Origin: a virus
Direction: 5' to 3' (one strand)
DNA length: 64,000 nt
IMG/VR virus record: IMGVR_UViG_3300025128_000015
Location: 96,001 to 160,000 of that record
How positions within the stretch are numbered: position 1 is the stretch's first letter; each line of letters begins with the position of its first letter. Of this stretch, positions 1 to 7,760 are shown one piece after another. The notes beneath the pieces were generated by a model. The model was not told where the DNA came from, made no database searches, and worked only from the letters and a program-made list of their open reading frames with translations. Made by a program: the position numbers and the translations under genes.

Positions 1-523
1 ATGGACTGAAAAGGGTAATCATTTATCACACCGTCAAAACACTACACTTCAAAACATTGAAGCCAAATATAGTGACGACAAGAAAGCTGCCCTGGAAGCC
101 TGGAAAGGAAACTATACGTCAGAGATGCGAGAAAACATGACCATCATGGCTCATTATTATATCAATAATCCTCCCTATTTCGGAGATGTTGCCCGTCGTG
201 TGATGAGCGATAAAGAAGACGCCTTTATTCCTTCAGAAAAGGTATATCGCGCCATGTGTGAAAACAAGTATGCTGCCCGCGTTATTGAAATCGTAAAGAC
301 AACTCCCTTGTTTGAAGTCGGCTCGATGGCTAATGTACGAGCCAATGCCGGCGGTCATGCGTCACAATTCAAAAACAAAATGGTAATGATCTTGGAACAT
401 GACTTAAATAATATAGTTTCTGCCGCGAAAGACGCCCGGCCAGTTCATGTTATTCCTGTGGGCTCGTCGAAGTCTTTCTGGACTGAAGAAAGATATTTGA
501 AAAAAGCTAAAAAAGTTAGTTGA
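1..523 (+). CDS. Hypothetical protein, 5'-truncated by the window edge
   Basis: The frame of the 125..523 ORF stays open back to base 2 (WTEKGNHLSH...YTSEMRENM), so the real start lies upstream of the window. Confidence 0.7.
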   Translation, partial: WTEKGNHLSHRQNTTLQNIEAKYSDDKKAALEAWKGNYTSEMRENMTIMAHYYINNPPYFGDVARRVMSDKEDAFIPSEKVYRAMCENKYAARVIEIVKTTPLFEVGSMANVRANAGGHASQFKNKMVMILEHDLNNIVSAAKDARPVHVIPVGSSKSFWTEERYLKKAKKVS

Positions 524-547
524 CCAAAGATAATTGGTTCCTATCTT
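520..547 (+). promoter_or_regulatory. Early/middle promoter family copy (TTGACC-N16-TATCTT)
   Basis: TTGACC 520-525, GTTCC-TATCTT 537-547; upstream of the AAA ATPase; same geometry at 10 other sites. Confidence 0.7.
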
Positions 548-601
548 AATAGTGTAGACAGAAACAATGAACATTAACCTAGTTACTCAAGGAGATGTAA
601 C

Positions 602-1666
602 ATGGCCATCGATTTCAAAACATTTAATCAAGTTGCCCCGCATGTCGCGGCAGTCCACAAGCCTGTTCTTCTACGGGGACGCCACGGCGTCGGCAAATCC
701 GAAGTTGTATACCAGCTAGCTGTCCAGCTTGATAAGCCAGTCGTCGAACGACGTGCCTCACAAATGACCGAGGGCGACTTGGTTGGTCTTCCTAAGACCG
801 ATGGGGACGTAACCTCCTTTTGTCCTCCTGATTGGTTTCAGACGGCATGTGATAACGCGGTCGTGCTCTTCTTTGATGAAGTTGACCGTGCTGTCACCGA
901 GGTTCGTCAGGGTCTATTCGAGCTAACAGATTCGCGTAAGCTGTTTGGTAATCATCTCCATCCCGATACTGTCATCGTTGCTGCAATCAACGGCGGCGAC
1001 CACGGTTCACAATATCAGGTTGGCGAGATGGACCCTGCCGAGCTTGACCGATGGACCGTCTTTGATGTCGAGCCTACGATTGAAGATTGGCTTGATTGGG
1101 CGAAGGCTAACGTCGATGGTGTCGTTTGGGACTTTATCAATCAGAATCGATCTCACTTAGAGCATCAGACTGACTTCGAGCCTAACAAGGTTTACCCTTC
1201 TCGTCGCTCTTGGAAACGTCTCAACGACTGCCTAGCACACGCTGGCTTCCTGTCCGATGATGCTGATAAGTCTTCGGTATATCATCTGGCGACTGCATTC
1301 GTCGGCTTCGAGGCTGCTGTGTCCTTCAACGACTTCGTTCAAAACTATGAACGTCAAGTGACCGTTAAGATGATTCTTGATGAGGGCAAGATTAATAAAA
1401 CGTCTAACTTCGGTATCAACGAGCATTGCGCCCTGATTGAGAAAATCGAAGCTAGTGATACTTTCACCACCGTATTAGCAGAAAATCAGGTTCAGAACTT
1501 GGCTAACTACTTCGTAACTTTGCCATCTGAACCCGCGATGAAGCTGTGGACTGCTATCGGCAAGGGTGTAAATGAAAATGTGATTGCACTGCACAAGTCT
1601 AAGGCTGACGATGGCACTAAGATTTCAACTCGCATGGTTACCATGCTTACCGGAAAAAATGAATAG
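602..1666 (+). CDS. MoxR-like AAA+ ATPase
   Basis: Walker A GRHGVGKS, Walker B LFFDEVDR, sensor AAIN, MDPAELDRW, PSRRSW; SD AAGGAG; adjacent vWA partner gene. Confidence 0.9.
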   Translation: MAIDFKTFNQVAPHVAAVHKPVLLRGRHGVGKSEVVYQLAVQLDKPVVERRASQMTEGDLVGLPKTDGDVTSFCPPDWFQTACDNAVVLFFDEVDRAVTEVRQGLFELTDSRKLFGNHLHPDTVIVAAINGGDHGSQYQVGEMDPAELDRWTVFDVEPTIEDWLDWAKANVDGVVWDFINQNRSHLEHQTDFEPNKVYPSRRSWKRLNDCLAHAGFLSDDADKSSVYHLATAFVGFEAAVSFNDFVQNYERQVTVKMILDEGKINKTSNFGINEHCALIEKIEASDTFTTVLAENQVQNLANYFVTLPSEPAMKLWTAIGKGVNENVIALHKSKADDGTKISTRMVTMLTGKNE

Positions 1667-1794
1667 CTATGACTACCATATAATGAAGCCGTTCAACGCC
1701 TGTCCTGAATGGCATAAAACGGAGTAGAAAGCAGGCTGGGCTAGGTTGTCGGCCCGACGAGATGACCCTATTCGTTTTTTTTTCTAAGCACCCC

Positions 1795-1822
1795 TTGACG
1801 ATTGTTGAGGGGTGCTTATCTT
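1795..1822 (+). promoter_or_regulatory. Early/middle promoter family copy (TTGACG-N16-TATCTT)
   Basis: CCCCTTGACG...GGTGCT-TATCTT upstream of 1858. Confidence 0.7.
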
Positions 1823-1857
1823 TCTAGTGTAAGACAACTACTTATTAAGGGAGCATC

Positions 1858-3069
1858 ATGTTCAACCTTAACGATCATATCTTTCGCCTACTTCAAGACG
1901 AACCTTTCTTTGCATCTTTATCGCGCAATGTGGATAAGACAGAAGATTCTAATGTTCCAACGGCCGGAGTGCGTATCAACCCTGATACTGGGTTCTTTGA
2001 GTTGTTATACAACCCTGAGTTCTTCGAGGGCCTAGAGACTGACAAACAACGTGCAGGTGTGCTAGTACATGAGTTTTATCACCTTGTGATGGAACATATT
2101 ATCGGACGCCTTCCTGACGAATTGTCAGGCATCTTTGAGAACCAGGTTGACCCCGAGAAGCAATCGCTTTTTAAATTATACAATATTGCCGCAGATTTAT
2201 CTATCAACTGCCATATTGGACGTGAGAACTTACCTGAGAATGGCTGCTTCCCTGGTCATGGACACTTCGAGGACTTTGAGCCATTCAAGACGGTTGAGTT
2301 TTATTATGAAAAGCTGAAGGAAAAGGCCGAACAAGAGCAGAAAGATGGTAAGACTGAAGGCGGCGTCGGTGATATGGACTCCTTCGATGACCATAGTCAA
2401 TGGGGTGGAAAGGCTTGTGACACAGCGACTAAAGAGATTGCTAAACAGCGATTGACAGAGGCTGTTAAGAAAGCTGCCGAAGATGCATCGAAGTCTAGCT
2501 CATGGGGTTCAGTGTCCGCTTCTATGAAAAAAGAAATTATGGACCGTATCACTCCAGTCTTAGACTGGCGCAAGGTGCTACGTTACTTCGTCAAGTGCTC
2601 TCAGAGGGCTGAAAAACGCTCTACAGTGAAGCGACTCAATAAGCGCTACCCTTACGTCCATCCCGGTCGTAAAGTCCGTAGGCAGGCGAGTATTGCCATC
2701 TCTATCGACCAATCTGGCTCGGTGTCTGACAATATGTTAGCTTCGTTCTATTCTGAACTTAACAAACTAGCTGAAATTGCTACTTTTACCGTCGTACCTT
2801 TTGATACCGAGGTTGCAAAAGACAAGGTGTATGAGTGGCGTAAAGGTGAAAATCGAAAGCGCGAACGTGTCCTGTACGGTGGCACTTGCTTCGATGCTCC
2901 TACTGAGTATGTCAATGCTGGTGGCTTTGATGCTCACATCGTCTTGACCGACATGTGCGCGCCTAAGCCTAAATCTAGCCGATGTCCTCGAATGTGGATG
3001 ACGGACGCGGAAAACGCTCGCCGCCCGTACTTCAAAACTAACGAGCGAGTGATTGCAATAACAAAGTGA
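1858..3069 (+). CDS. Metallopeptidase-like (HExxH) plus vWA-domain protein, MoxR partner (DUF2201-like)
   Basis: HEFYH motif, NIAADLSIN, C-terminal MIDAS SIDQSGS, GGTCF, VLTD. Confidence 0.85.
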   Translation: MFNLNDHIFRLLQDEPFFASLSRNVDKTEDSNVPTAGVRINPDTGFFELLYNPEFFEGLETDKQRAGVLVHEFYHLVMEHIIGRLPDELSGIFENQVDPEKQSLFKLYNIAADLSINCHIGRENLPENGCFPGHGHFEDFEPFKTVEFYYEKLKEKAEQEQKDGKTEGGVGDMDSFDDHSQWGGKACDTATKEIAKQRLTEAVKKAAEDASKSSSWGSVSASMKKEIMDRITPVLDWRKVLRYFVKCSQRAEKRSTVKRLNKRYPYVHPGRKVRRQASIAISIDQSGSVSDNMLASFYSELNKLAEIATFTVVPFDTEVAKDKVYEWRKGENRKRERVLYGGTCFDAPTEYVNAGGFDAHIVLTDMCAPKPKSSRCPRMWMTDAENARRPYFKTNERVIAITK

Positions 3070-3077
3070 GGTGAAAA

Positions 3078-3257
3078 ATGGATTGGTATGCAATTTATGG
3101 GAAAGATATGAAAAGGGAGCATGACGAAGAAGAATTGACTTTCGATTATCAAGATATGGATGTATCCGAGCTTGATTCAATCGATGGTAAAAATGGTTGG
3201 GGATCAGGTTCACTAGAGCAGATTTCGACAGAGATCTCGTCAGACTGGTATGAATGA
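3078..3257 (+). CDS. Small acidic hypothetical protein (59 aa; not in the ORF track)
   Basis: SD GAGGTG, ATG 3078, MDWYAIYGKDMKREHDEEE...SDWYE, TGA overlapping the next ATG. Confidence 0.6.
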   Translation: MDWYAIYGKDMKREHDEEELTFDYQDMDVSELDSIDGKNGWGSGSLEQISTEISSDWYE

Positions 3258-3619
3258 TGGTCCGTGCTTTTATTTTAATATGCTTAATGGCTACACCGAT
3301 TCTGGCCGAGAGACTACCCAGGCACGTTAAAACCCCTGAGTCCTGTAAGGTTGTCAATGTCACTGGCGAGAGAGATGGTAAAGTCTATAAGTTGTCCTGC
3401 TCTCGTTCACTTTCAAAAAGAATGAGAGGTTGGGTTTTCTTTGATAAAGATTGGTCCAAAGATAAGCGATATCGCACCCGTGTTTGGTATTCTCGACGAG
3501 ATAGCTGGCGAATGGAGGAAAAATCATATTGCAAGATACGAACCTGTCGCGCCTTCTCAATTACTATTTACAAGATTTTTTCATGTCAGTACTTGTCTGA
3601 TAAGAATCCGTTCCTATAG
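3254..3619 (+). CDS. Hypothetical exported basic protein
   Basis: Hydrophobic N-terminus ending in PILA; ATGA-coupled to the upstream gene. Confidence 0.6.
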   Translation: MMVRAFILICLMATPILAERLPRHVKTPESCKVVNVTGERDGKVYKLSCSRSLSKRMRGWVFFDKDWSKDKRYRTRVWYSRRDSWRMEEKSYCKIRTCRAFSITIYKIFSCQYLSDKNPFL

Positions 3620-3620
3620 T
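3593..3620 (+). promoter_or_regulatory. Early/middle promoter family copy (TTGTCT-N16-TATAGT)
   Basis: CTTGTCT...CCGTTCC-TATAGT upstream of 3644. Confidence 0.7.
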
Positions 3621-3643
3621 TCAACACACGATGGAGATGTTAA

Positions 3644-3883
3644 ATGTCAAAAAAACTTGATGCAACAATAGTCCTTGGTCACTGTATTATCACAGCCCTT
3701 AAAGCTGCCAAAGAACTACAAAAGCATGACAAGCGCGCAAAGCAGCTTGTAGAGGGTCTATCGCGTATAAAAGCTAACATGATGCCCATTATTCAAGAGG
3801 AATCTGACAAGATCTCAAAAGAGGAAGAAGAGTTCAATAGCTTTTCTAATTCAAAATCTGATTGGATTGAAGGCCGTCGTTGA
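3644..3883 (+). CDS. Hypothetical protein
   Basis: SD GGAG, promoter directly upstream. Confidence 0.7.
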   Translation: MSKKLDATIVLGHCIITALKAAKELQKHDKRAKQLVEGLSRIKANMMPIIQEESDKISKEEEEFNSFSNSKSDWIEGRR

Positions 3884-3936
3884 TTGGTTGGGAAACCTGG
3901 CTGAGTGCAGTCGGAATACTCATCGCAAATATCGCC

Positions 3937-3964
3937 TTGACCGCAGGAATTATGTTCCTATTAT
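3937..3964 (+). promoter_or_regulatory. Early/middle promoter family copy (TTGACC-N16-TATTAT)
   Basis: CCTTGACC...TGTTCC-TATTAT upstream of 4008 and the MKVGD array. Confidence 0.7.
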
Positions 3965-4007
3965 ATAAGCAAGAACAGAAAAGTAAATAACTCCAAGAGA
4001 GGAAAAC

Positions 4008-4409
4008 ATGGGCTATCGCTCCGAAGTCGTTTTAGCAGTTGATTCAAATGTCGCTCCCGCCTTTATGGCTCTGACGGCAAAGCATCCAGAGGTTTTACAA
4101 CTCTGCAACGATGCTGACACCTTCCAATCTGGTTATGAGAATGAGGGCGACTGGTTCATGCACTGGTCACACGTTAAGTGGTACGACAGCTTCACAGAGA
4201 TCGAGATAATAAATAAGTTCATCCATGCACTTGAGATGGAAGACTTGACCGAATACGGCGCGCCCGAACATCCGGTTGATGAAAAAGGCAAAGAGATGGA
4301 TTGGTCCGAATGTTTCAGGTTTGTCAGGATTGGTGAGGAAATGGAAGATATCACAACCGCCGGCTGCGGTTTTTGGAATATTGGCATCAGCCGCCATATT
4401 GATTTTTAG
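4008..4409 (+). CDS. Hypothetical acidic phage protein
   Basis: SD GAGGA; MGYRSEV...W..VKWY...F.RIGEE pattern. Confidence 0.75.
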   Translation: MGYRSEVVLAVDSNVAPAFMALTAKHPEVLQLCNDADTFQSGYENEGDWFMHWSHVKWYDSFTEIEIINKFIHALEMEDLTEYGAPEHPVDEKGKEMDWSECFRFVRIGEEMEDITTAGCGFWNIGISRHIDF

Positions 4410-4420
4410 AGAGGCAGAAA

Positions 4421-4585
4421 ATGAAAGTCGGTGACAAAGTAGAACATATTAACAAGCCTGAATACGGTATCGGCAAGATTGTGAGATTCTACGCGAATCA
4501 AAGCACGGTGCTGGTCGAGTTTCCAGATGATAAAGGCTTGTCTTATTGCGATTATCACTCTTTGGTGAAGAAAAAAAGTCGGTGA
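4421..4585 (+). CDS. MKVGD-family small beta-barrel (KOW/SH3-like) protein 1, 54 aa (not in the ORF track)
   Basis: MKVGDKVEHINKPEYGIGKIV...KKSR*; SD GAGG. Confidence 0.75.
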   Translation: MKVGDKVEHINKPEYGIGKIVRFYANQSTVLVEFPDDKGLSYCDYHSLVKKKSR

Positions 4586-4587
4586 TT

Positions 4588-4668
4588 GTGGAATACTTTA
4601 TTATTAACAACGCAGCTATTGTAATGGTTGTTGGAATGCTTTTGTTTTTCAAAGGAAAAAATAAATGA
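4588..4668 (+). CDS. 26-aa hydrophobic micro-ORF inside the array
   Basis: GTG start, MEYFIINNAAIVMVVGMLLFFKGKNK*, TGA overlaps the next ATG. Confidence 0.45.
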   Translation: MEYFIINNAAIVMVVGMLLFFKGKNK

Positions 4669-4820
4669 AAATCGGTGACTTGGTAAAATATGTAACAGGT
4701 TGCATTAGTGTAGTTTTATATATTAATGATGCTGGTGGGACTGTGAAAGTTGTTAGCAACACCGGAAACATCTGCTGGCTAGTTACTTCTGATTGCGAGG
4801 TTATAAGTGAAAGTCGGTGA
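4665..4820 (+). CDS. MKVGD-family protein 2, 51 aa (not in the ORF track)
   Basis: MKIGDLVKYVTGCISVV...EVISESR*. Confidence 0.75.
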   Translation: MKIGDLVKYVTGCISVVLYINDAGGTVKVVSNTGNICWLVTSDCEVISESR

Positions 4821-4995
4821 TTTAATTGAGTATGATGATGGTTCGGTGGGAATTGTTACAAGCGCACCATATAGTGCATTTAATGGTCAAGTGAGCGTCG
4901 TCAATGTTTTGTGGCAGGGCTCCGACAAGCCGTCAAAGATGGACATAACAGCCATTAAGAGCGGCATTGTGAGGGTGGTTGATGAAAGTCGGTGA
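4807..4995 (+). CDS. MKVGD-family protein 3
   Basis: MKVGDLIEYDDGSVGIV...VVDESR*; 14-nt overlap at both ends. Confidence 0.8.
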   Translation: MKVGDLIEYDDGSVGIVTSAPYSAFNGQVSVVNVLWQGSDKPSKMDITAIKSGIVRVVDESR

Positions 4996-5149
4996 CTTAG
5001 TTAAGCGTGACGCTTGGCCGGCGCATTATTATCAAATCATAGAAATCTATGATAACCAGTACCGCGCAAAAAGGCTGTGTCTCTTGAATTTGACGACTGG
5101 TAGATATGCTACTGATATACAACCGTCACATGTAAAAGTGTTGAGCTAA
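4982..5149 (+). CDS. MKVGD-family protein 4, 55 aa (not in the ORF track)
   Basis: MKVGDLVKRDAWPAHYYQII...VKVLS*; TAATG overlap with the next gene. Confidence 0.75.
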   Translation: MKVGDLVKRDAWPAHYYQIIEIYDNQYRAKRLCLLNLTTGRYATDIQPSHVKVLS

Positions 5150-5349
5150 TGAAGGTCGGTGATTTGGTACAGCTTCAAAGAGGCACGCGGAAACATTGGG
5201 ATCTACCTACAGGTATTGCCCTACTGGTCGAAAAGCTACCGCGAAATGATAGCTTAGAATATGATTGGAAGGTTTTGGTTGATGGTCGTAACATCGAACT
5301 TGGTAGGCAGCTAGAGCAATCGGCGGAGGTCATCAGTGAAAGTCGGTGA
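5149..5349 (+). CDS. MKVGD-family protein 5
   Basis: MKVGDLVQLQ...EVISESR*. Confidence 0.8.
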   Translation: MKVGDLVQLQRGTRKHWDLPTGIALLVEKLPRNDSLEYDWKVLVDGRNIELGRQLEQSAEVISESR

Positions 5350-5506
5350 TTTGATATATCACAAGTGGGGTAAAGACTGTGGCATTGTGGTCGGACGTCC
5401 CGATCCAGCGACACAACCGCCGCCGAACAACTGGTATGTAATGTTCGGCACTAAAAGAGTGATGGTTCATGAGATAAGCTGCGAGGTCTTAAATGAAAGT
5501 CGGTGA
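5336..5506 (+). CDS. MKVGD-family protein 6, 56 aa (not in the ORF track)
   Basis: MKVGDLIYHKWGKDCGIVV...EVLNESR*. Confidence 0.75.
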   Translation: MKVGDLIYHKWGKDCGIVVGRPDPATQPPPNNWYVMFGTKRVMVHEISCEVLNESR

Positions 5507-5648
5507 CTTGGTAAAAGATAAGCTATGGGGAGAGTTGGGCATAGTAGTCTGTGTACCTCCAATGCCTTCTATGATAGAAGTTTGCTGGACTGGAGAAAAG
5601 CCCAGAAGACAAAAGCATCTCTTGGGAGATCTTGAAGTTCTGCGATGA
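5493..5648 (+). CDS. MKVGD-family protein 7, 51 aa (not in the ORF track)
   Basis: MKVGDLVKDKLWGELGIVV...LEVLR*. Confidence 0.75.
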   Translation: MKVGDLVKDKLWGELGIVVCVPPMPSMIEVCWTGEKPRRQKHLLGDLEVLR

Positions 5649-5714
5649 TATTACAGAATTGGTTGGAGAATAAAGTTAAAACAACTATTTATTGTAGTTG
5701 TTAGGAGAACTAAA

Positions 5715-5924
5715 ATGAAAATCACAAAAACACAACTTAAGCAGATTATCAAAGAAGAGTTGGATACTGCTTTAAAGGATCCTCGTACTGACGAACTCGA
5801 AGCCGCTTTAGAAGTATCGTATAATACAAACCTCGATCCAGAAGAAGCAGCGGCTGATATATTAACAGTGGTTGAGGAGTTCCTGTCTGCCAAGCTCGGT
5901 ATGCCCATAGAATTGAGATATTAG
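5715..5924 (+). CDS. Small protein with MKITKTQLKQIIKEE tag (putative virion-internal)
   Basis: Tag shared with the 11.8-20 kb proteins; SD AGGAG; AACTATTTAT motif at 5683. Confidence 0.7.
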   Translation: MKITKTQLKQIIKEELDTALKDPRTDELEAALEVSYNTNLDPEEAAADILTVVEEFLSAKLGMPIELRY

Positions 5925-5936
5925 AACGGAGGCTAA

Positions 5937-6128
5937 ATGAAAGTCGGTGACTTGGTAAAAATAGTTGAATACGCTTCGCGTCATACTCCTCTTGGTACAG
6001 TGGGAATAATCACTAAGAAGCTACCCAAACCCTACCCGCATGAACGTTATCACCAGTGTTATGAGGTCCGCTTCAACAATGGATACACCGGCAATCATGC
6101 TAATTTTTGTTTGGAGCTTTTGAAATAA
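5937..6128 (+). CDS. MKVGD-family protein 8
   Basis: MKVGDLVKIVE...GTVGIIT; SD GGAGG. Confidence 0.8.
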   Translation: MKVGDLVKIVEYASRHTPLGTVGIITKKLPKPYPHERYHQCYEVRFNNGYTGNHANFCLELLK

Positions 6129-6131
6129 TCC

Positions 6132-6159
6132 TTGTCGGCTAGGAAGTTGTTCCTATGTT
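6132..6159 (+). promoter_or_regulatory. Early/middle promoter family copy (TTGTCG-N16-TATGTT)
   Basis: CCTTGTCG...TGTTCC-TATGTT. Confidence 0.7.
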
Positions 6160-6188
6160 TGAGACGTAACAGAGAACAGGAGTTCAAA

Positions 6189-6428
6189 ATGTTGAAAAAG
6201 TTCGTTGTACCAGTGACCTGGATGGTCAGTTCCTACGTTGAGGTTGAAGCCATCGACGAAGACGGAGCAGCCCACGAAGCGATGGGAGTTGATATAGATT
6301 CACTTCCTAATCCTGAGTATGTAAGGTTTAGCTATGAGGTCGATGAACAATCAATCGAAGAAGTGTCATTCGAAGGCACTGAAGCCGGCGACTTTACCAC
6401 CTGGGAAAAGATCCCCGGAGGTTTTTAA
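6189..6428 (+). CDS. Acidic hypothetical protein (start revised to ATG 6189)
   Basis: SD CAGGAG before MLKKFVVPV; the track's TTG 6132 start lies on the promoter. Confidence 0.7.
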   Translation: MLKKFVVPVTWMVSSYVEVEAIDEDGAAHEAMGVDIDSLPNPEYVRFSYEVDEQSIEEVSFEGTEAGDFTTWEKIPGGF

Positions 6429-6430
6429 CA

Positions 6431-6572
6431 TTAAAGGTTCTCGGTGGTGCCTTAGCGGCTTAAAAGGCAACCTTTCAAGTTCTTAGCCTCTCAGATGATC
6501 AAGAGAGTAAGGAAAACGATGAAAGCTAGACCATCGACTCGGAATGGCCCAACGAGCGCCGGGAACCTTTAA
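6431..6572 (+). ncRNA. Candidate structured non-coding RNA
   Basis: 16-bp closing stem 6431-6446/6557-6572 (two G-U pairs) enclosing three hairpin arms; fills the intergenic gap; no family recognised. Confidence 0.45.
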
Positions 6573-6581
6573 TTTTTTCAC

Positions 6582-6609
6582 TTGTCTATTAATAATCCGT
6601 TCCTATGTT
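6582..6609 (+). promoter_or_regulatory. Early/middle promoter family copy (TTGTCT-N16-TATGTT)
   Basis: CTTGTCT...CCGTTCC-TATGTT. Confidence 0.7.
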
Positions 6610-6642
6610 ATAGATGTAACGGGAACAACAGGAGTTGATAAC

Positions 6643-7116
6643 ATGCTTCACGAGAAAGCTGTAAAGAAAGTAGAGAAGGCGCTAGGCGTCAAGGTTGAAC
6701 TTATTGGTAATTGCCGCTATGGTTGTACTTACGATGGACACGTACTGTCTTGGCTAGTTCAGCGAAAGTGGAGGTCAGAGGGCACAAAACTCCTCAAAGA
6801 TGGGCCTCTTGAAGCCTCTAACTGGCACATCCGACGAGAGGATGACCATTCGGATTCGATGGTTGATTACTTTGCTGGTTCGTATCGTGAGAACGTAACG
6901 CAACTGATCAACGCGGTTAGACCGCCTAAACCTAAGTTTCCTGTTGGTTCACTAGTGCAGGGCAAGGAAAATAAAAGGGCTCAACGTCAAGGCTATGCTA
7001 ACCGTCTTGCTATCGTAACCGAGGCAGGCAGATACATGTATTTGAAATGGGTATCAGGTAAAGAGGACCGATATCGTATTAGCTACCCTGAACGAGATTT
7101 TCAGTTGGCAGGGTAA
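6643..7116 (+). CDS. Hypothetical protein with a C-terminal KFPVGSLV SH3/KOW-like segment (start revised to 6643)
   Basis: SD CAGGAG before MLHEKAV. Confidence 0.7.
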   Translation: MLHEKAVKKVEKALGVKVELIGNCRYGCTYDGHVLSWLVQRKWRSEGTKLLKDGPLEASNWHIRREDDHSDSMVDYFAGSYRENVTQLINAVRPPKPKFPVGSLVQGKENKRAQRQGYANRLAIVTEAGRYMYLKWVSGKEDRYRISYPERDFQLAG

Positions 7117-7124
7117 AATAATCC

Positions 7125-7152
7125 TTGTCTACTCAAAAAGCGTGCTTATTGT
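7125..7152 (+). promoter_or_regulatory. Early/middle promoter family copy (TTGTCT-N16-TATTGT)
   Basis: CCTTGTCT...CGTGCT-TATTGT. Confidence 0.65.
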
Positions 7153-7182
7153 TTAGATGTAACGGGAACAACGGAGAAAAAG

Positions 7183-7356
7183 ATGACCCGAAAAGATTTT
7201 CAGATGATTGCAGACGTCGTTAAAATGATTGACGATAAAGACACCCGCCACACGGTTGCGATGAATTTCGCGGTCAAGCTCAAGGATGTGAATCCTCGCT
7301 TTGACATTAACCGTTTCGTTGGAGCGTGTAATAGCCCTATGAAGGCGAAAGCCTAA
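7183..7356 (+). CDS. 57-aa hypothetical phage protein (not in the ORF track)
   Basis: SD GGAG; MTRKDFQMIADVV...NPRFDINRFVGAC. Confidence 0.75.
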   Translation: MTRKDFQMIADVVKMIDDKDTRHTVAMNFAVKLKDVNPRFDINRFVGACNSPMKAKA

Positions 7357-7388
7357 CCGAGAAATTTTTTCCTTGTGAGGTAAATATT

Positions 7389-7595
7389 ATGAAGTATAAC
7401 ATACGAGATTTGGTTACTTTACGCGGACGGCCAGATCCGCTTGGTTTCATCACAAAATTAAAAGGCTCAACAGCTTTTGTTTTATGGTGGCCAACGTCAA
7501 AAAAACCGCAGCACAAGACGTTCTGTGATGTTGAACGCCTGATTGTCATGCAATCGTCACAAGTTAAACGAGGACGTCCCAGGAAAAAGAAGTAA
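7389..7595 (+). CDS. MKVGD-like small beta-barrel protein (MKYNIRDLV)
   Basis: SD GAGG; DLV...LGFIT...VLW pattern as in the array members. Confidence 0.65.
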   Translation: MKYNIRDLVTLRGRPDPLGFITKLKGSTAFVLWWPTSKKPQHKTFCDVERLIVMQSSQVKRGRPRKKK

Positions 7596-7760
7596 TGTAT
7601 CTAAATCGATTAAAAATTAATTTTATAGTGACAGCGAATCAAGCACTTGCACAATCTCGAAGTTCGTCAAGTGGACTCCTTCAGGACTCTGTTGAGTTAG
7701 AACGCTGGCGACAACGCCACACCTTTGAATTCACCAATTATATCAGGAGCTTACGCCACG

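Larger units (their letters stand above)
4421..5951 (+). repeat. Dispersed 14-nt junction repeat RTGAAAGTCGGTGA
   Basis: Exact at 4421, 4807, 4982, 5336, 5493, 5937; variants at 4665 (AAAATC), 5149 (AAGGTC) and a start-less copy ending at 4585. Confidence 0.9.

Noticed and set aside
1681-1736. Twister or hammerhead ribozyme (TAATGAAGC; GTC-CTGAATG...GAAA)
   Set aside because: The P2', P4' and T2 partners for twister are not in the required order, and there is no stem I or exact CUGAUGA core for hammerhead; kept only as a generic structure candidate
4421-5951. CRISPR array or DGR reading of the junction repeats
   Set aside because: Repeats are only 14 nt, the spacers are 150-200 nt coding genes, and there is no RT, TR/VR pair or cas operon
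7373-7400. Twelfth early promoter (TTGTGA-N16-TATAAC)
   Set aside because: Lacks the GTKCY element and its -10 falls inside the 7389 CDS
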